Counted from the first letter of the stretch, positions 19,707 through 29,477 are shown. The stretch: 64,000 nt of DNA from Bacteroidia bacterium (GCA_044351265.1 JBILGC010000003.1:22886-86885), one strand, 5' to 3'. Notes: generated by a model not told the origin, from the sequence alone. Translations and numbers: made by a program.

Positions 19707-20794
19707 TAGCTAAAAATAATTCTGAAATCTAGAAAATTGGCTACCTGACGGTGGGCTAGCACATTCATGCCAACACCCAAATTGTCACTTAATCGATACA
19801 GCAAACCATAACGCTGAAAAACCGGGTCGAAATAACCACTCGGGTTAAAAAGGTAAACACCCAGTTGCTGACTAAAAATTATCTTACCCATTAAAAATTC
19901 ATGACCACCGGTAATGGCTGCACGCTGATTGCTGATATCAGTTTTCCCATCTCGCTTGAGTCTTTCCCTAAGTGAATTATCAATATTCCACTCTGCCCCC
20001 AAGGTAAGAGCGTTAAATATGCCGGTTTGCTTGCTTACCTGCGCAGTTATGCCTCCTATCATCCATCTTTCTTTTTCTCCGGCCTGCACCGTTTTACTCG
20101 ACCAATATACACTTATATCAAAACGGGGCGGTTTGCCTTTGTAATTTTTATATTTTGTTTTTTCTCTTATAGGGAGTGATGCCGCTATAGGCCTATAATC
20201 TATTCCCAAAGCAGCGGTTGGCCAGTTTACACCTTTATTCGGATCTTTGATGCCTCCATTAGATACATGGTTGTAATGAATATAGGCACTCATATTTAGC
20301 CTTTCAGAAAGTTTAACATGTGCACCTAATCCTAATGAAACAAAACCTGTGATAGGTAAACTGTAAGACAAATTATTTGGATTATTTATGGGATGATAAG
20401 GATTGGTTAAGTAGGATAATCCGGCTGCTGCTTTTATTGCCATGTTGATGCGATGCGTGAAAGAAAAGTATGGTTCTATAAACGCAGCTGTCGTAATAGC
20501 ATGACCTAAACTCTGATTATCAAAAGTAAAGTACTGAATAAAAAAACCTGTTTTTGGATAGCAATAGCACGTGTTCCAGGTTTTGGCATCAGCCAATTGC
20601 CAGTTAAAATCAAACTGAAAACCTGTGGGATAGGAATTGGCTGTATTCTGCACCTCTTTACTATGTGCAAAAATAAAACCCTTGTGTAGGGTTGCGCCAT
20701 AGCTGAAAATACTGCGCAGCGAATCTTGCTGAGCATTGGCAGTAAAGACAATGGCATGCATTAAAATAAGTAGCGCATTTTTTATTCCCATCAT
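19703..20794 (-). CDS. Outer-membrane beta-barrel protein, possibly acyloxyacyl-hydrolase/PagL-like
   Basis: Signal peptide MMGIKNALLILMHAIVFTANAQ, beta-barrel-like composition, ends ...RIIFSY (aromatic terminus). The family assignment is tentative. Confidence 0.35.
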   Translation of the reverse strand: MMGIKNALLILMHAIVFTANAQQDSLRSIFSYGATLHKGFIFAHSKEVQNTANSYPTGFQFDFNWQLADAKTWNTCYCYPKTGFFIQYFTFDNQSLGHAITTAAFIEPYFSFTHRINMAIKAAAGLSYLTNPYHPINNPNNLSYSLPITGFVSLGLGAHVKLSERLNMSAYIHYNHVSNGGIKDPNKGVNWPTAALGIDYRPIAASLPIREKTKYKNYKGKPPRFDISVYWSSKTVQAGEKERWMIGGITAQVSKQTGIFNALTLGAEWNIDNSLRERLKRDGKTDISNQRAAITGGHEFLMGKIIFSQQLGVYLFNPSGYFDPVFQRYGLLYRLSDNLGVGMNVLAHRQVANFLDFRIIFSY

Positions 20795-20882
20795 TACTGC
20801 GAATTAAAAACATAGCAATAAAATTTAAGCAGGTATTGAAAAGAATCATCCCAAACAGTCCTAAACAGACAAATACTCCTTA

Positions 20883-22226
20883 TTATTTCTTGCGTATCAG
20901 GTAATAAATAGGAATACCTGCCAATACAATAGCAAGACCCGGATACGTAAAAACCGGCTTATATATTAGTAGGCTGATACATATAAAAATAGCAATTACA
21001 ATATAAAGAGCAGGAAGTACGGGATAACCCCACACCTGATATGGTCTTAAGGCATCAGGTTCCTTTTGTCTGAGAATAAATACCCCGGCAACGGTAAGTA
21101 TGTAAAAAAGCATGACCGCAAAAACCACATAATCCAATAAATCACCATATGAGCCGCTAAGGGTAAGTATGCTGGTCCAGATGGCTTGCATAATTAAAGC
21201 AGCCTGTGGAGAATCATGATTATTTTTTGTAGCCGCCCGTTTAAAAAATAAACCGTCAAGTGCCATAGCATAATAAACCCTTGCACCTGATAAAGTGATT
21301 CCATTGATACAGCCAAAAGTAGAAATCATAATAAATGCAGCCATTACATACATACCAACTTCACCTAAAACAGTTTGCAACAATAATGTACCAACACGGT
21401 CTGATGGTGCATGCTGTATGGCATTGAAAGGTAATATACCAATATAAATCCAGTTTATAAAAACATATAAAGCAGAAACGCTGAGTGTGCCAATAAGCAG
21501 TGATAAAGGTAAATTTCTTTGTGGTGCCTCAATCTCTCCGCCTGTGAAAGTTATGTTGTTCCATGCATCAGCAGAAAATATTGAACCAACCATAGCTGCG
21601 CAAAACAATCCCCAGTATGAAAAGCCGTTAGCGTTGGCAGAAAAAGACAGAGAAGTCTGTTGCGCTCCATGCAAATAAAGATGATACAGACCTGCAATTA
21701 CCAAAAAAACTATAGCACCGATTTTTGTGAGTGTAAATATATTTTGAAGCCATGCGCCATTTTTTACCGGAAGGAAATTGAACAATGTGAGGAACCAAAT
21801 AACCGCAAGTGCAAGCATCTGTTGAGATTGTATTTTAATAAACCCTAAATTGAGGAGAATGACTTGATCCGATATTAACGGAAAGAAGACTCCACTAAAC
21901 TTGGCAAATGCAACCGCAACTGCAGCAATGGTTCCTGTTTGTATAACGGCAAAGAGGGTCCACCCGTATAAAAATCCAAACAGCTTATTATAGGCACGTT
22001 GTAAATACACATATTGACCTCCTGCTTTAGGCATCATGGCAGAAAGTTCGCCATAACTTAAGGCTGCCATTACCGTTATAAGTGCAGTTACAATCCATGC
22101 GAAGAGGAGCATAAGCGGGGACTGCAAATCACGGCTCATAGCAGCAGGCACTATAAATATTCCTGACCCAATCATGCTGCCCATAATGAGCATTACACAA
22201 TCAAGCAAACCCAACTTTTTATTCAT
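20883..22226 (-). CDS. Amino acid permease (APC family)
   Basis: 447 aa with 12 predicted TM helices. N-terminus LLDCVMLIMGSMIGSGIFIVPAAM is the APC signature region. Confidence 0.8.
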   Translation of the reverse strand: MNKKLGLLDCVMLIMGSMIGSGIFIVPAAMSRDLQSPLMLLFAWIVTALITVMAALSYGELSAMMPKAGGQYVYLQRAYNKLFGFLYGWTLFAVIQTGTIAAVAVAFAKFSGVFFPLISDQVILLNLGFIKIQSQQMLALAVIWFLTLFNFLPVKNGAWLQNIFTLTKIGAIVFLVIAGLYHLYLHGAQQTSLSFSANANGFSYWGLFCAAMVGSIFSADAWNNITFTGGEIEAPQRNLPLSLLIGTLSVSALYVFINWIYIGILPFNAIQHAPSDRVGTLLLQTVLGEVGMYVMAAFIMISTFGCINGITLSGARVYYAMALDGLFFKRAATKNNHDSPQAALIMQAIWTSILTLSGSYGDLLDYVVFAVMLFYILTVAGVFILRQKEPDALRPYQVWGYPVLPALYIVIAIFICISLLIYKPVFTYPGLAIVLAGIPIYYLIRKK

Positions 22227-22345
22227 AAGCTAATTTAATGAAAACGAATATAGGAATTGTTTGTAGTTCGAAGAGGTATGGGATCTGACTTTTTACTGAA
22301 TAACAATGAAAATTATAGATCGGAATGATTAACTGCTCTTAGAAA

Positions 22346-23302
22346 CTATCTTGACAGTAAAAACATCAGGGGTATATGAAGCCTTTTATGCCAAGCATGT
22401 TCACTATGATCTGCTCCTTCATCATAATAAGTTAGCCAGTTAGTTTGATTGTATTTCATTTTATGCATTACTTCATCTACATTTTTTTGTAAGAGAGGAT
22501 ATAGCGCATCCAATGTTTGATTACCGCAATCAAAATAAATATGGTGATTAGCGGGATTAGGTATTTGTATCTCAAGATAAAGCTGCATGGCTAACGGGAA
22601 TGGATTGTTTTGAAGGGTGAACGTACCGGGCCAGTGCGTGGATAGGCATGCTGCACCTCCAAATACCTCCGGATACTCGCATATTGCATATAAAGATATT
22701 AACCCACCCATGCTGCTGCCGGCAATAAAAGTGTGCTCCTGGGTTGTATACACCGAATAACTTATATCAATCTTTGGCTTTAATTCACTCACAATAAATT
22801 TCAGGTAATTATCAGATTGTGGTTTAAATGCTGCTGTTGCGCGTCCAACGTTTTGTAATTGTGAGCTTATGGTATCTCGCTCTATTTGGTTAAGCAAGAG
22901 TTCAAAAGGCTTTTGAGGAAAGTAATCTGCGTGCCTTGTTTGCCCGCCATTCCAAATACCCACCACAATAAAGTTTTTCACCTTGCCTGCTTGCATAAGT
23001 TGTGCAGCAACCTCATCTACTTCCCATGCCTGCTTATTCCATGTATTGGCAGAGTCGAATAACATTTGTCCATCGTGCATATACAATACATCATACCTGC
23101 CCGAATCAGGATAGCCCGGGGGAAGCCAAATATCAATATTACGAGGTGTTACAAACTTTGATTGAAAATCACGAATGCGTTCAACTTTTCCTAAAGTAGC
23201 TTTAGGTAAGGCATCCTGTGCATGTAAGTTAAAAAGTGAAACGCAGCAAACAAACAAAAGCAATATTCTTTTACCTAAGATTGGTTGCATGTGGCTACCC
23301 AT
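22346..23302 (-). CDS. Secreted esterase-family alpha/beta hydrolase
   Basis: Signal peptide. GxSxG nucleophile elbow IAGSSMGG. DVLYMHDGQMLFD is typical of the putative esterase / enterochelin-esterase-like family. Confidence 0.7.
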   Translation of the reverse strand: MGSHMQPILGKRILLLFVCCVSLFNLHAQDALPKATLGKVERIRDFQSKFVTPRNIDIWLPPGYPDSGRYDVLYMHDGQMLFDSANTWNKQAWEVDEVAAQLMQAGKVKNFIVVGIWNGGQTRHADYFPQKPFELLLNQIERDTISSQLQNVGRATAAFKPQSDNYLKFIVSELKPKIDISYSVYTTQEHTFIAGSSMGGLISLYAICEYPEVFGGAACLSTHWPGTFTLQNNPFPLAMQLYLEIQIPNPANHHIYFDCGNQTLDALYPLLQKNVDEVMHKMKYNQTNWLTYYDEGADHSEHAWHKRLHIPLMFLLSR

Positions 23303-23343
23303 TTTAGTTAAACTTAGATGATTTATAACTCCTTATACCAACC

Positions 23344-26286
23344 CTACTTACCACCGAGCGCATAATATCTGTTCATGCATTCCTGCGCCTCGGCTGATTT
23401 GCCTTGTTTATTAAATACCTCCGCAAGCAGGCGGTATGACATTGCACTTTTTTGATCTAAGGTGAGCGCCAGTATCAGGTTATCTTCAGCTTTTTTATAG
23501 CTACCCGTATTGTAATATCCTAAACCAAGGTTGTAATAAACATCTGCAACACTTCCGCCACCTCGTTTCACAGCCATTTCAAGAAACTTAAGCCCTGCCC
23601 CGAAATCTCCTTTCTGATAATGGGCCATAGCTGTGTAATAGTAAGCATCGGTATAATTGAATTTATAACTATTGGCTTTCTTGAAATACTCAATAGCTTT
23701 ATCCGGATTTTTATTCAGGTTAATTTCTACCAAACCAAGAGTAGACCATGCCATATAATTTTCAGGATAAATATCAATTGCTTTATTTAAATTTCTGATA
23801 GCCTCAGGAGCGTTGCCTTTACTTAGATAGCATAAACCCAGCATTCTAAAAACTTCTTCATCTTTTGGATTATAAGCTGCTGCCTGATTGAAGTAAAAAA
23901 TAGCCGTATCGAAATTTCTGGCCTCAAAATACTGATAACCTTTAGGCATCCAATTGTTCTCTCTTTTAACAACAGCAGCCAACGGAATACCGTCAGCCAT
24001 TACTGTATATACTGTACCTTTAGGTGGGAAGGCACCGGCTTCCAGTTCTTTCGATGAAAAGGTACGTGAGGTGAGTATGGCATAATCCCACGGCAACTTT
24101 TGCTCTTCATATTCACGCATCCACCTAAATTCCATATCCGGATTGTATTTATTGGCGTAGTAAGATGCTGTGAGTGGCTCATTATTTATGCCCACTATCA
24201 TTTTTTTATTTGGCTCTTGTTTAGCTATCCACTCTGCTGCCTCACGGCATGAGTTGGAATAATAATCCATTTCATATTTACCATAAGCACCTTTAGTGCC
24301 CCCACTTACAGCATTAAAATACACACACTCGTTCGGATGATTTTGTAACATCCAGGATGCAGGGAGAGCACATAAAAGCAACACACCTGCCAATGATGCA
24401 TAACTTGTAATTTTGTTTTTAGTGATTACACCTAAGCCATCCCAGCCGCAAGCAGCAAGTATTACTATTGGCGGATAAACAAACAAGTAATGCCTCCACC
24501 CATTATAATAATACATGCTCTGGACTTCGGCATATGCAATTGGGAAAACTGCAACAAATATTACTATGCCTATGGCATACCAATTTTTATAGTTCCTTTT
24601 TAAAACCCATAGTAACGAAACAAGAAGAGCAATGCCCAACCAAACGACTTCAGGAGTATTGATAAAAATAAATTTAGGTAAATAATACCAGGGTACATTT
24701 GCCATATACATGCGCACACCTTCAAACAACTCATGGTTAAAAGTAAAATATGCCCCTTCGGTTGATTTTTTCAGCGCTTCATACCAATTGGCAAAAGGCT
24801 GCTGCTGTGCAAATGGCCATAATGAAATACCAACCAAGTGACCAACGATAACAATGAGCAGTAAAATACGCGCATAAGGCCAAATTAGTTTAATAGCATT
24901 TGACATACCTTCTTTTTTAACAACAAGCAGCCAGGAAATACCTAAAAATAAACCAACATAAGCATACCAGATGATGCCTCCTACGCGTGAGCCAATGGCC
25001 ATACCAATACCGGCACCGCATAAAACCAAGTGCAATAAAGCAGGCTTAGGCAGCTGCTGAAGTATCTTTATTAAATAATAGAGTGCCATTGCACACCCTG
25101 CAGCAAATGGAATATCAGTAGGGTTATTCATGCTGTGTGCAAAAAATACAGGGCTGCAAAAAATGATTATAAATGCAAAAAATGCTCCGCGCCAAGATGT
25201 AATTTCTTTAGCAGCAAGAGCAGCAAACAACATGGCTAACAGTCCATACAACGCATTAAGCAAATGACGCATTTCAAATTCGCCCAACACACCAAAATAG
25301 GTATTAAAAAACGCACTGATTACATTAAAATGTTCTCCGTAATATCTGAACTCCTGTATAGGTGATGTAGCAGATAATGCCGTTGAATCGCTTCCAAATG
25401 AGGTAAAATAATTAAGCATCTGGTAGCCATACTGGTTATGGCGTTTGGCATCCCAGGTTATACCAAAGTCCTGACTAAAATAAGGCATGGCAATACATGC
25501 GAACAGAAAAAATGCAGCAAAAAGCAAACGATATAAGGGTTGGTATCCTGCCGTATCTTCTGCACCAAATTGCATCAGCGGATCTTTGATAAACCAGCTA
25601 ATTCGTGGACCAAGAATATTGCTTACTATCTTTTTAAAACTAACCTTACGCAACTGATGCTCTTTTGCCGAAAGTGTGATTGCAACAACAGGTGTGCTTA
25701 AATAGGCAAGGCGGCTGCAAACAGAAATGCTTTTATGGTGATTGCTATTAAACCCTTTTACTGCAGCATCTCTACCAAAAAATACAAATGGATGTGTGTA
25801 ATCTTTTAAACCTGCAGGTAAGAGCATGCCTGCAAGCAGATTGTATAAACCAATACCTGTTTTTTGTAAAATGTTTATTGGCAACTTGCCCGACTGGGCA
25901 TTAAACTCACCAACATAAACTGCATCCAATTCTGTAAATGATTTTTTGTTCAATCCAAAACAACTTACCACAGCCTGTGGCATAAATGAAGTTGTATCAT
26001 TAACCACATAAACAACCTTTCTGCAATGCTCTGCCCAATCTTTGAAACTAGCTATAACATGACATCTGCCTTTTTCTTTGAGTGCTAAAACATCGGGGAG
26101 GTTTGCAACCACACCACTTTTATCAAACACAATTAATGATGACTCTGTACGCACTTTTAATAAAGCCTGAGCCACCATATTTGCATCATCGGGCTTTTTA
26201 GCGGCATCAAATAAAAAGGTAAGCTCTTGGTCGCTCACCGTTTTTATTTGTTCTGCTGAAGGTTTGGTTGTATTCTTTTTGCTCAT
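23344..26286 (-). CDS. GT-C-fold membrane glycosyltransferase-like protein (DUF2723/GT117- or PMT-like), with C-terminal TPR repeats and a distinct N-terminal cytoplasmic domain of about 230 aa
   Basis: 980 aa. Residues about 240-700 have at least 11 hydrophobic helices. The C-terminal 230 aa have at least 5 TPR-like repeats (AYNPKDEEVFRMLGLCYLSKGNAPEAIRNL..., YMAWSTLGLVEINLNKNPDKAIEYFKKA..., YYNLGLGYYNTGSYKKAEDNLILALTLDQ...). A 4-nt overlap with the upstream FAD enzyme gene suggests an operon. Confidence 0.55.
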   Translation of the reverse strand: MSKKNTTKPSAEQIKTVSDQELTFLFDAAKKPDDANMVAQALLKVRTESSLIVFDKSGVVANLPDVLALKEKGRCHVIASFKDWAEHCRKVVYVVNDTTSFMPQAVVSCFGLNKKSFTELDAVYVGEFNAQSGKLPINILQKTGIGLYNLLAGMLLPAGLKDYTHPFVFFGRDAAVKGFNSNHHKSISVCSRLAYLSTPVVAITLSAKEHQLRKVSFKKIVSNILGPRISWFIKDPLMQFGAEDTAGYQPLYRLLFAAFFLFACIAMPYFSQDFGITWDAKRHNQYGYQMLNYFTSFGSDSTALSATSPIQEFRYYGEHFNVISAFFNTYFGVLGEFEMRHLLNALYGLLAMLFAALAAKEITSWRGAFFAFIIIFCSPVFFAHSMNNPTDIPFAAGCAMALYYLIKILQQLPKPALLHLVLCGAGIGMAIGSRVGGIIWYAYVGLFLGISWLLVVKKEGMSNAIKLIWPYARILLLIVIVGHLVGISLWPFAQQQPFANWYEALKKSTEGAYFTFNHELFEGVRMYMANVPWYYLPKFIFINTPEVVWLGIALLVSLLWVLKRNYKNWYAIGIVIFVAVFPIAYAEVQSMYYYNGWRHYLFVYPPIVILAACGWDGLGVITKNKITSYASLAGVLLLCALPASWMLQNHPNECVYFNAVSGGTKGAYGKYEMDYYSNSCREAAEWIAKQEPNKKMIVGINNEPLTASYYANKYNPDMEFRWMREYEEQKLPWDYAILTSRTFSSKELEAGAFPPKGTVYTVMADGIPLAAVVKRENNWMPKGYQYFEARNFDTAIFYFNQAAAYNPKDEEVFRMLGLCYLSKGNAPEAIRNLNKAIDIYPENYMAWSTLGLVEINLNKNPDKAIEYFKKANSYKFNYTDAYYYTAMAHYQKGDFGAGLKFLEMAVKRGGGSVADVYYNLGLGYYNTGSYKKAEDNLILALTLDQKSAMSYRLLAEVFNKQGKSAEAQECMNRYYALGGK

Positions 26287-27713
26287 TTTCTTACCAATCC
26301 GGTTTTAGTAATTACAGAACTCTCCTGATAACTTTCGTAGTCGGTATTTATATCCCAAAGGTTATGCCCTGTCTGTTGCAAAATATTTTCGGCAGCCAGC
26401 ATACCCATTAGTATGGAATGATCCTGGTTGTTGTATTTAAATGCGCCATATCGGCCAATAACATGCAGATGCTGAATGCTGCTTAAATATTGCTCAACCG
26501 GGTTCAGAATTTCCTTGTAACCTTTTGAGTAAACAGGATAGCAACGCGGAATGCGATAGGTATGTGCATGTAAAATTTTAGCATCACCAATTAATCCGGT
26601 CTTACGTATTTCCTCCTCGCCCAATTTATTCAGTTGTTCATCTGTCCATTTCCAGAAATCATCTTCATCATAGCACCAATATTCCAAAGCAAGTATGCTA
26701 GTGGTTTTATCCTTATATAATTGTGGAACCCAGTTTCTGAAATTGGTGATGCGCCCTGTGCGCAAATCTGTTGAATGCACATACAGCCAATTATCTTCAA
26801 ACAAATTTGTTGCATCAACTTCAACAAATACTATAATGGTGTTTCTGAAACGCAGCTGCGCATTCAGATTTTTAATTTGCTCCGGGGCCTCATCAATTCT
26901 ACTTACCAAAAGTGTTATCGGCATGGAAGAAATAATATGATCATAATATTTCACCTCGCCATTTTCCAGTTCTAATCCTTTGGCTACTCCGCCCTCAACA
27001 ATTACCCGTTTTACAGGCGTTTTTAAAAACACATTCCCGCCTTTTTCTTTAATCAGATTCTCCATTCGGTTATACACCATGCCTGTTCCCTCAAGCGGAT
27101 AAGCAAATTCGTCTACCAGGGTTTTATGTTTTTTATTTTTATCGCCAAATAATGCAGCCTTAGCAGCCTCCCACAGGGATAGTTTTTTAATACGCTGTGC
27201 GGCAAAATCAGCATCTAGTTCGTTGCATTGAATACCCCAAAGTTTTTCGCTGTAGGTTTTAAAAAATATTTCATAAAGCCTTTTCCCGAAGCGGCTGCGA
27301 ACCCACCCCTCAAAAGTGCTTTTATCTCTGGTTGGAAATATTCTTTCCATTCCAAAACTGAGCATGCAGCGGGCTGCTTCAAATAAGCCCAGTTTGCTTA
27401 ATGCATCAAGTGCTTTAATGGGGTAGTAATACAGGTTATTTTTATAGAGAATGCGTGTAAGGCGATTCACCATTGCATAATCTTCTTTCACTACTTCAAG
27501 CCATAGCGAATTAACACGTGTATCGCTGCTAAAAAAACGATGTGGACCAATATCCACGGTTTGGCCCCATAGCTCAACCGACTTTGCAAGCCCACCAACC
27601 GAAGGACCTGCCTCATATAAATCAACCGATGAAATTTCTTTGCTTAACTGATAGGCAGCAGTAATACCAGCAGGGCCGGCACCAATAACAGCTACTTTTA
27701 TGGATTTACTCAC
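26283..27713 (-). CDS. FAD/NAD(P)-binding amine-oxidase-fold oxidoreductase (UDP-galactopyranose-mutase / protoporphyrinogen-oxidase superfamily)
   Basis: N-terminal dinucleotide fold VAVIGAGPAGITAAYQLSK...VDLYEAGPSVGGLAKS. C-terminal GRYGAFKYNNQDHSILMGMLAAENIL resembles the C-terminal FAD-binding segment of mutase/amine-oxidase-type flavoenzymes. 476 aa. Confidence 0.6.
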   Translation of the reverse strand: MSKSIKVAVIGAGPAGITAAYQLSKEISSVDLYEAGPSVGGLAKSVELWGQTVDIGPHRFFSSDTRVNSLWLEVVKEDYAMVNRLTRILYKNNLYYYPIKALDALSKLGLFEAARCMLSFGMERIFPTRDKSTFEGWVRSRFGKRLYEIFFKTYSEKLWGIQCNELDADFAAQRIKKLSLWEAAKAALFGDKNKKHKTLVDEFAYPLEGTGMVYNRMENLIKEKGGNVFLKTPVKRVIVEGGVAKGLELENGEVKYYDHIISSMPITLLVSRIDEAPEQIKNLNAQLRFRNTIIVFVEVDATNLFEDNWLYVHSTDLRTGRITNFRNWVPQLYKDKTTSILALEYWCYDEDDFWKWTDEQLNKLGEEEIRKTGLIGDAKILHAHTYRIPRCYPVYSKGYKEILNPVEQYLSSIQHLHVIGRYGAFKYNNQDHSILMGMLAAENILQQTGHNLWDINTDYESYQESSVITKTGLVRK

Positions 27714-27753
27714 AATACGCTTTACTTAATAATAAGTTGTAAAGAAAAGACCT

Positions 27754-28302
27754 TTACGATACTTTTTCAAATACAAATACGTGATTAAGCCCAAACTGGA
27801 AAATTTTATGCCTCAGCAGTTTAAATTGCGGTGGAGCAAAGATGTTGGGAGTATCAGCTGTTTTGAAGCCATAGTGCTCCTCTAGCGACATGCCATCTAT
27901 GATGCGAAATAGGCGTAAAACCACCAAAATATAATCAACCAAGGGCGAGGGAACGGTGATGATAACCCTGCCTTTAGGCTTCAGATGTTGATGGCAAGCT
28001 TCAGCCAGTTTATGTTGTGCCTGAGGTGGTATGTGCTCCAGCACAGCCAACATGGTAATACAATCAAACTGTTCACCTGGTGCAAAGGCATCCGGAAATA
28101 TTCCTTTAACCAAACGGTAAGTGCCTGCGTCTGCATTTTCAGCAAGCGGATCCACACCCGCACCTGTAATTTTTTGATGCTGCAACTGCTTGAAAAGTAC
28201 CCCATCATAACTTCCAATATCCAAAACATGAGCGCCTGTATTAATGAATACCGCAGCCTGTGTAATTCTTTGCTTTTGCAGCAAGTAATCAAACGCCTTC
28301 AT
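27754..28302 (-). CDS. Class I SAM-dependent methyltransferase
   Basis: Motif I VLDIGSYDGVL and a post-I acidic region. 182 aa. A 4-nt overlap with the upstream GT2 gene. Confidence 0.7.
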   Translation of the reverse strand: MKAFDYLLQKQRITQAAVFINTGAHVLDIGSYDGVLFKQLQHQKITGAGVDPLAENADAGTYRLVKGIFPDAFAPGEQFDCITMLAVLEHIPPQAQHKLAEACHQHLKPKGRVIITVPSPLVDYILVVLRLFRIIDGMSLEEHYGFKTADTPNIFAPPQFKLLRHKIFQFGLNHVFVFEKVS

Positions 28303-29462
28303 CGCTTGCGGTTAAGGGTAAGAACACTTAAAAAGAAACTTGAAAAAATGGTTTGAATACCAAGGATGATAAAAACAACTGAAGGTATAACCACACGCAG
28401 AATAGACGAGTATTCAAGCGTTCCAAAATCAACCTGATCCCAAAGGTATAATGAGTATGCCGACCCTGCTATTCCCGCAAGCGTAACAAATACACCTGCA
28501 ACAATTCCTCGCTCAAGCGTAAGCCATTTTTCAATAAGTGAAATAGTTTTCTTATCAGGCATGAGTCCCGCTTGAATGGCATACCTGCGTGTAAAAATAC
28601 CAAACACCATTAACTGAAAACCAATGATGGCAGCCGCTCCCGAATAAAGCATTGTATTGGTATCGAAATAAATATTAAACAAATGAACAGGGCCATTAAT
28701 AATAAGCGAACCTGATATAATACCTGATAAAATGAGCAAGATACCCGGGTACAGAAATAACCAGCGCGGACTATAAATGAGTAAAAATCGGAGATGCCTC
28801 CAGCCGTCCTGCCATGTGCGCAAGTGCGGTGGTCGGCTGCGTCCCGCTACACTCAATGTAGTTGGCACTTCGCAGATGCGCAGCTTAAATAAACTAGCTT
28901 TTACAATCATTTCACTGGCAAACTCCATACCTGTGGTACGCAGATTTAAGAGTGATACAATATCTTGCCTAAAGCCACGGAGGCCGCAATGAAAATCGTT
29001 TACGGAGGAGTTAAAGAAAAGCTTTCCGATAAAGGAAAGAACCGGATTACCAAGATATTTATGTAAAAAAGGCATGGCGCCCTTGCTTATGCCACCCTTA
29101 AATCTGTTGCCAACTACCAAATCATATCCCTCTCGCAATTTTTCAATAAAAGGATTCAGGGAAGAAAAATCATAGCTGTCATCTGAATCACCCATGATTA
29201 CATACTTGCCATATGCAGCTTCGATGCCGTACATCAATGCACTCCCATAGCCCTTCTCGGGTGCATGCACCACACGGGCACCCAACTTTTCGGCAATAGC
29301 AATGGAGCCATCAGTGCTTCCGTTATCAGAAACTATTACTTCTCCGCTGATATTATTCTGCCTTATGTAACGCAATGCTTTTTCAATGCATTCGCCAATG
29401 GTTTCGGCCTCATTTAGGCAAGGCATTACAATAGATAATTCAAGATTATGTTCCGGGGTCAT
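28299..29462 (-). CDS. Family 2 glycosyltransferase, polyprenyl-phosphate sugar synthase type (GtrB/DPM1/ArnC-like), with C-terminal membrane helices
   Basis: LSIVMPCLNEAETIGECI...VIVSDNGSTDGS...YVIMGDSDDSYDF (a GT-A DxD region), then about 4 C-terminal TM helices. 387 aa. Confidence 0.8.
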   Translation of the reverse strand: MTPEHNLELSIVMPCLNEAETIGECIEKALRYIRQNNISGEVIVSDNGSTDGSIAIAEKLGARVVHAPEKGYGSALMYGIEAAYGKYVIMGDSDDSYDFSSLNPFIEKLREGYDLVVGNRFKGGISKGAMPFLHKYLGNPVLSFIGKLFFNSSVNDFHCGLRGFRQDIVSLLNLRTTGMEFASEMIVKASLFKLRICEVPTTLSVAGRSRPPHLRTWQDGWRHLRFLLIYSPRWLFLYPGILLILSGIISGSLIINGPVHLFNIYFDTNTMLYSGAAAIIGFQLMVFGIFTRRYAIQAGLMPDKKTISLIEKWLTLERGIVAGVFVTLAGIAGSAYSLYLWDQVDFGTLEYSSILRVVIPSVVFIILGIQTIFSSFFLSVLTLNRKR

Positions 29463-29477
29463 TGCAACGAAAATAGC

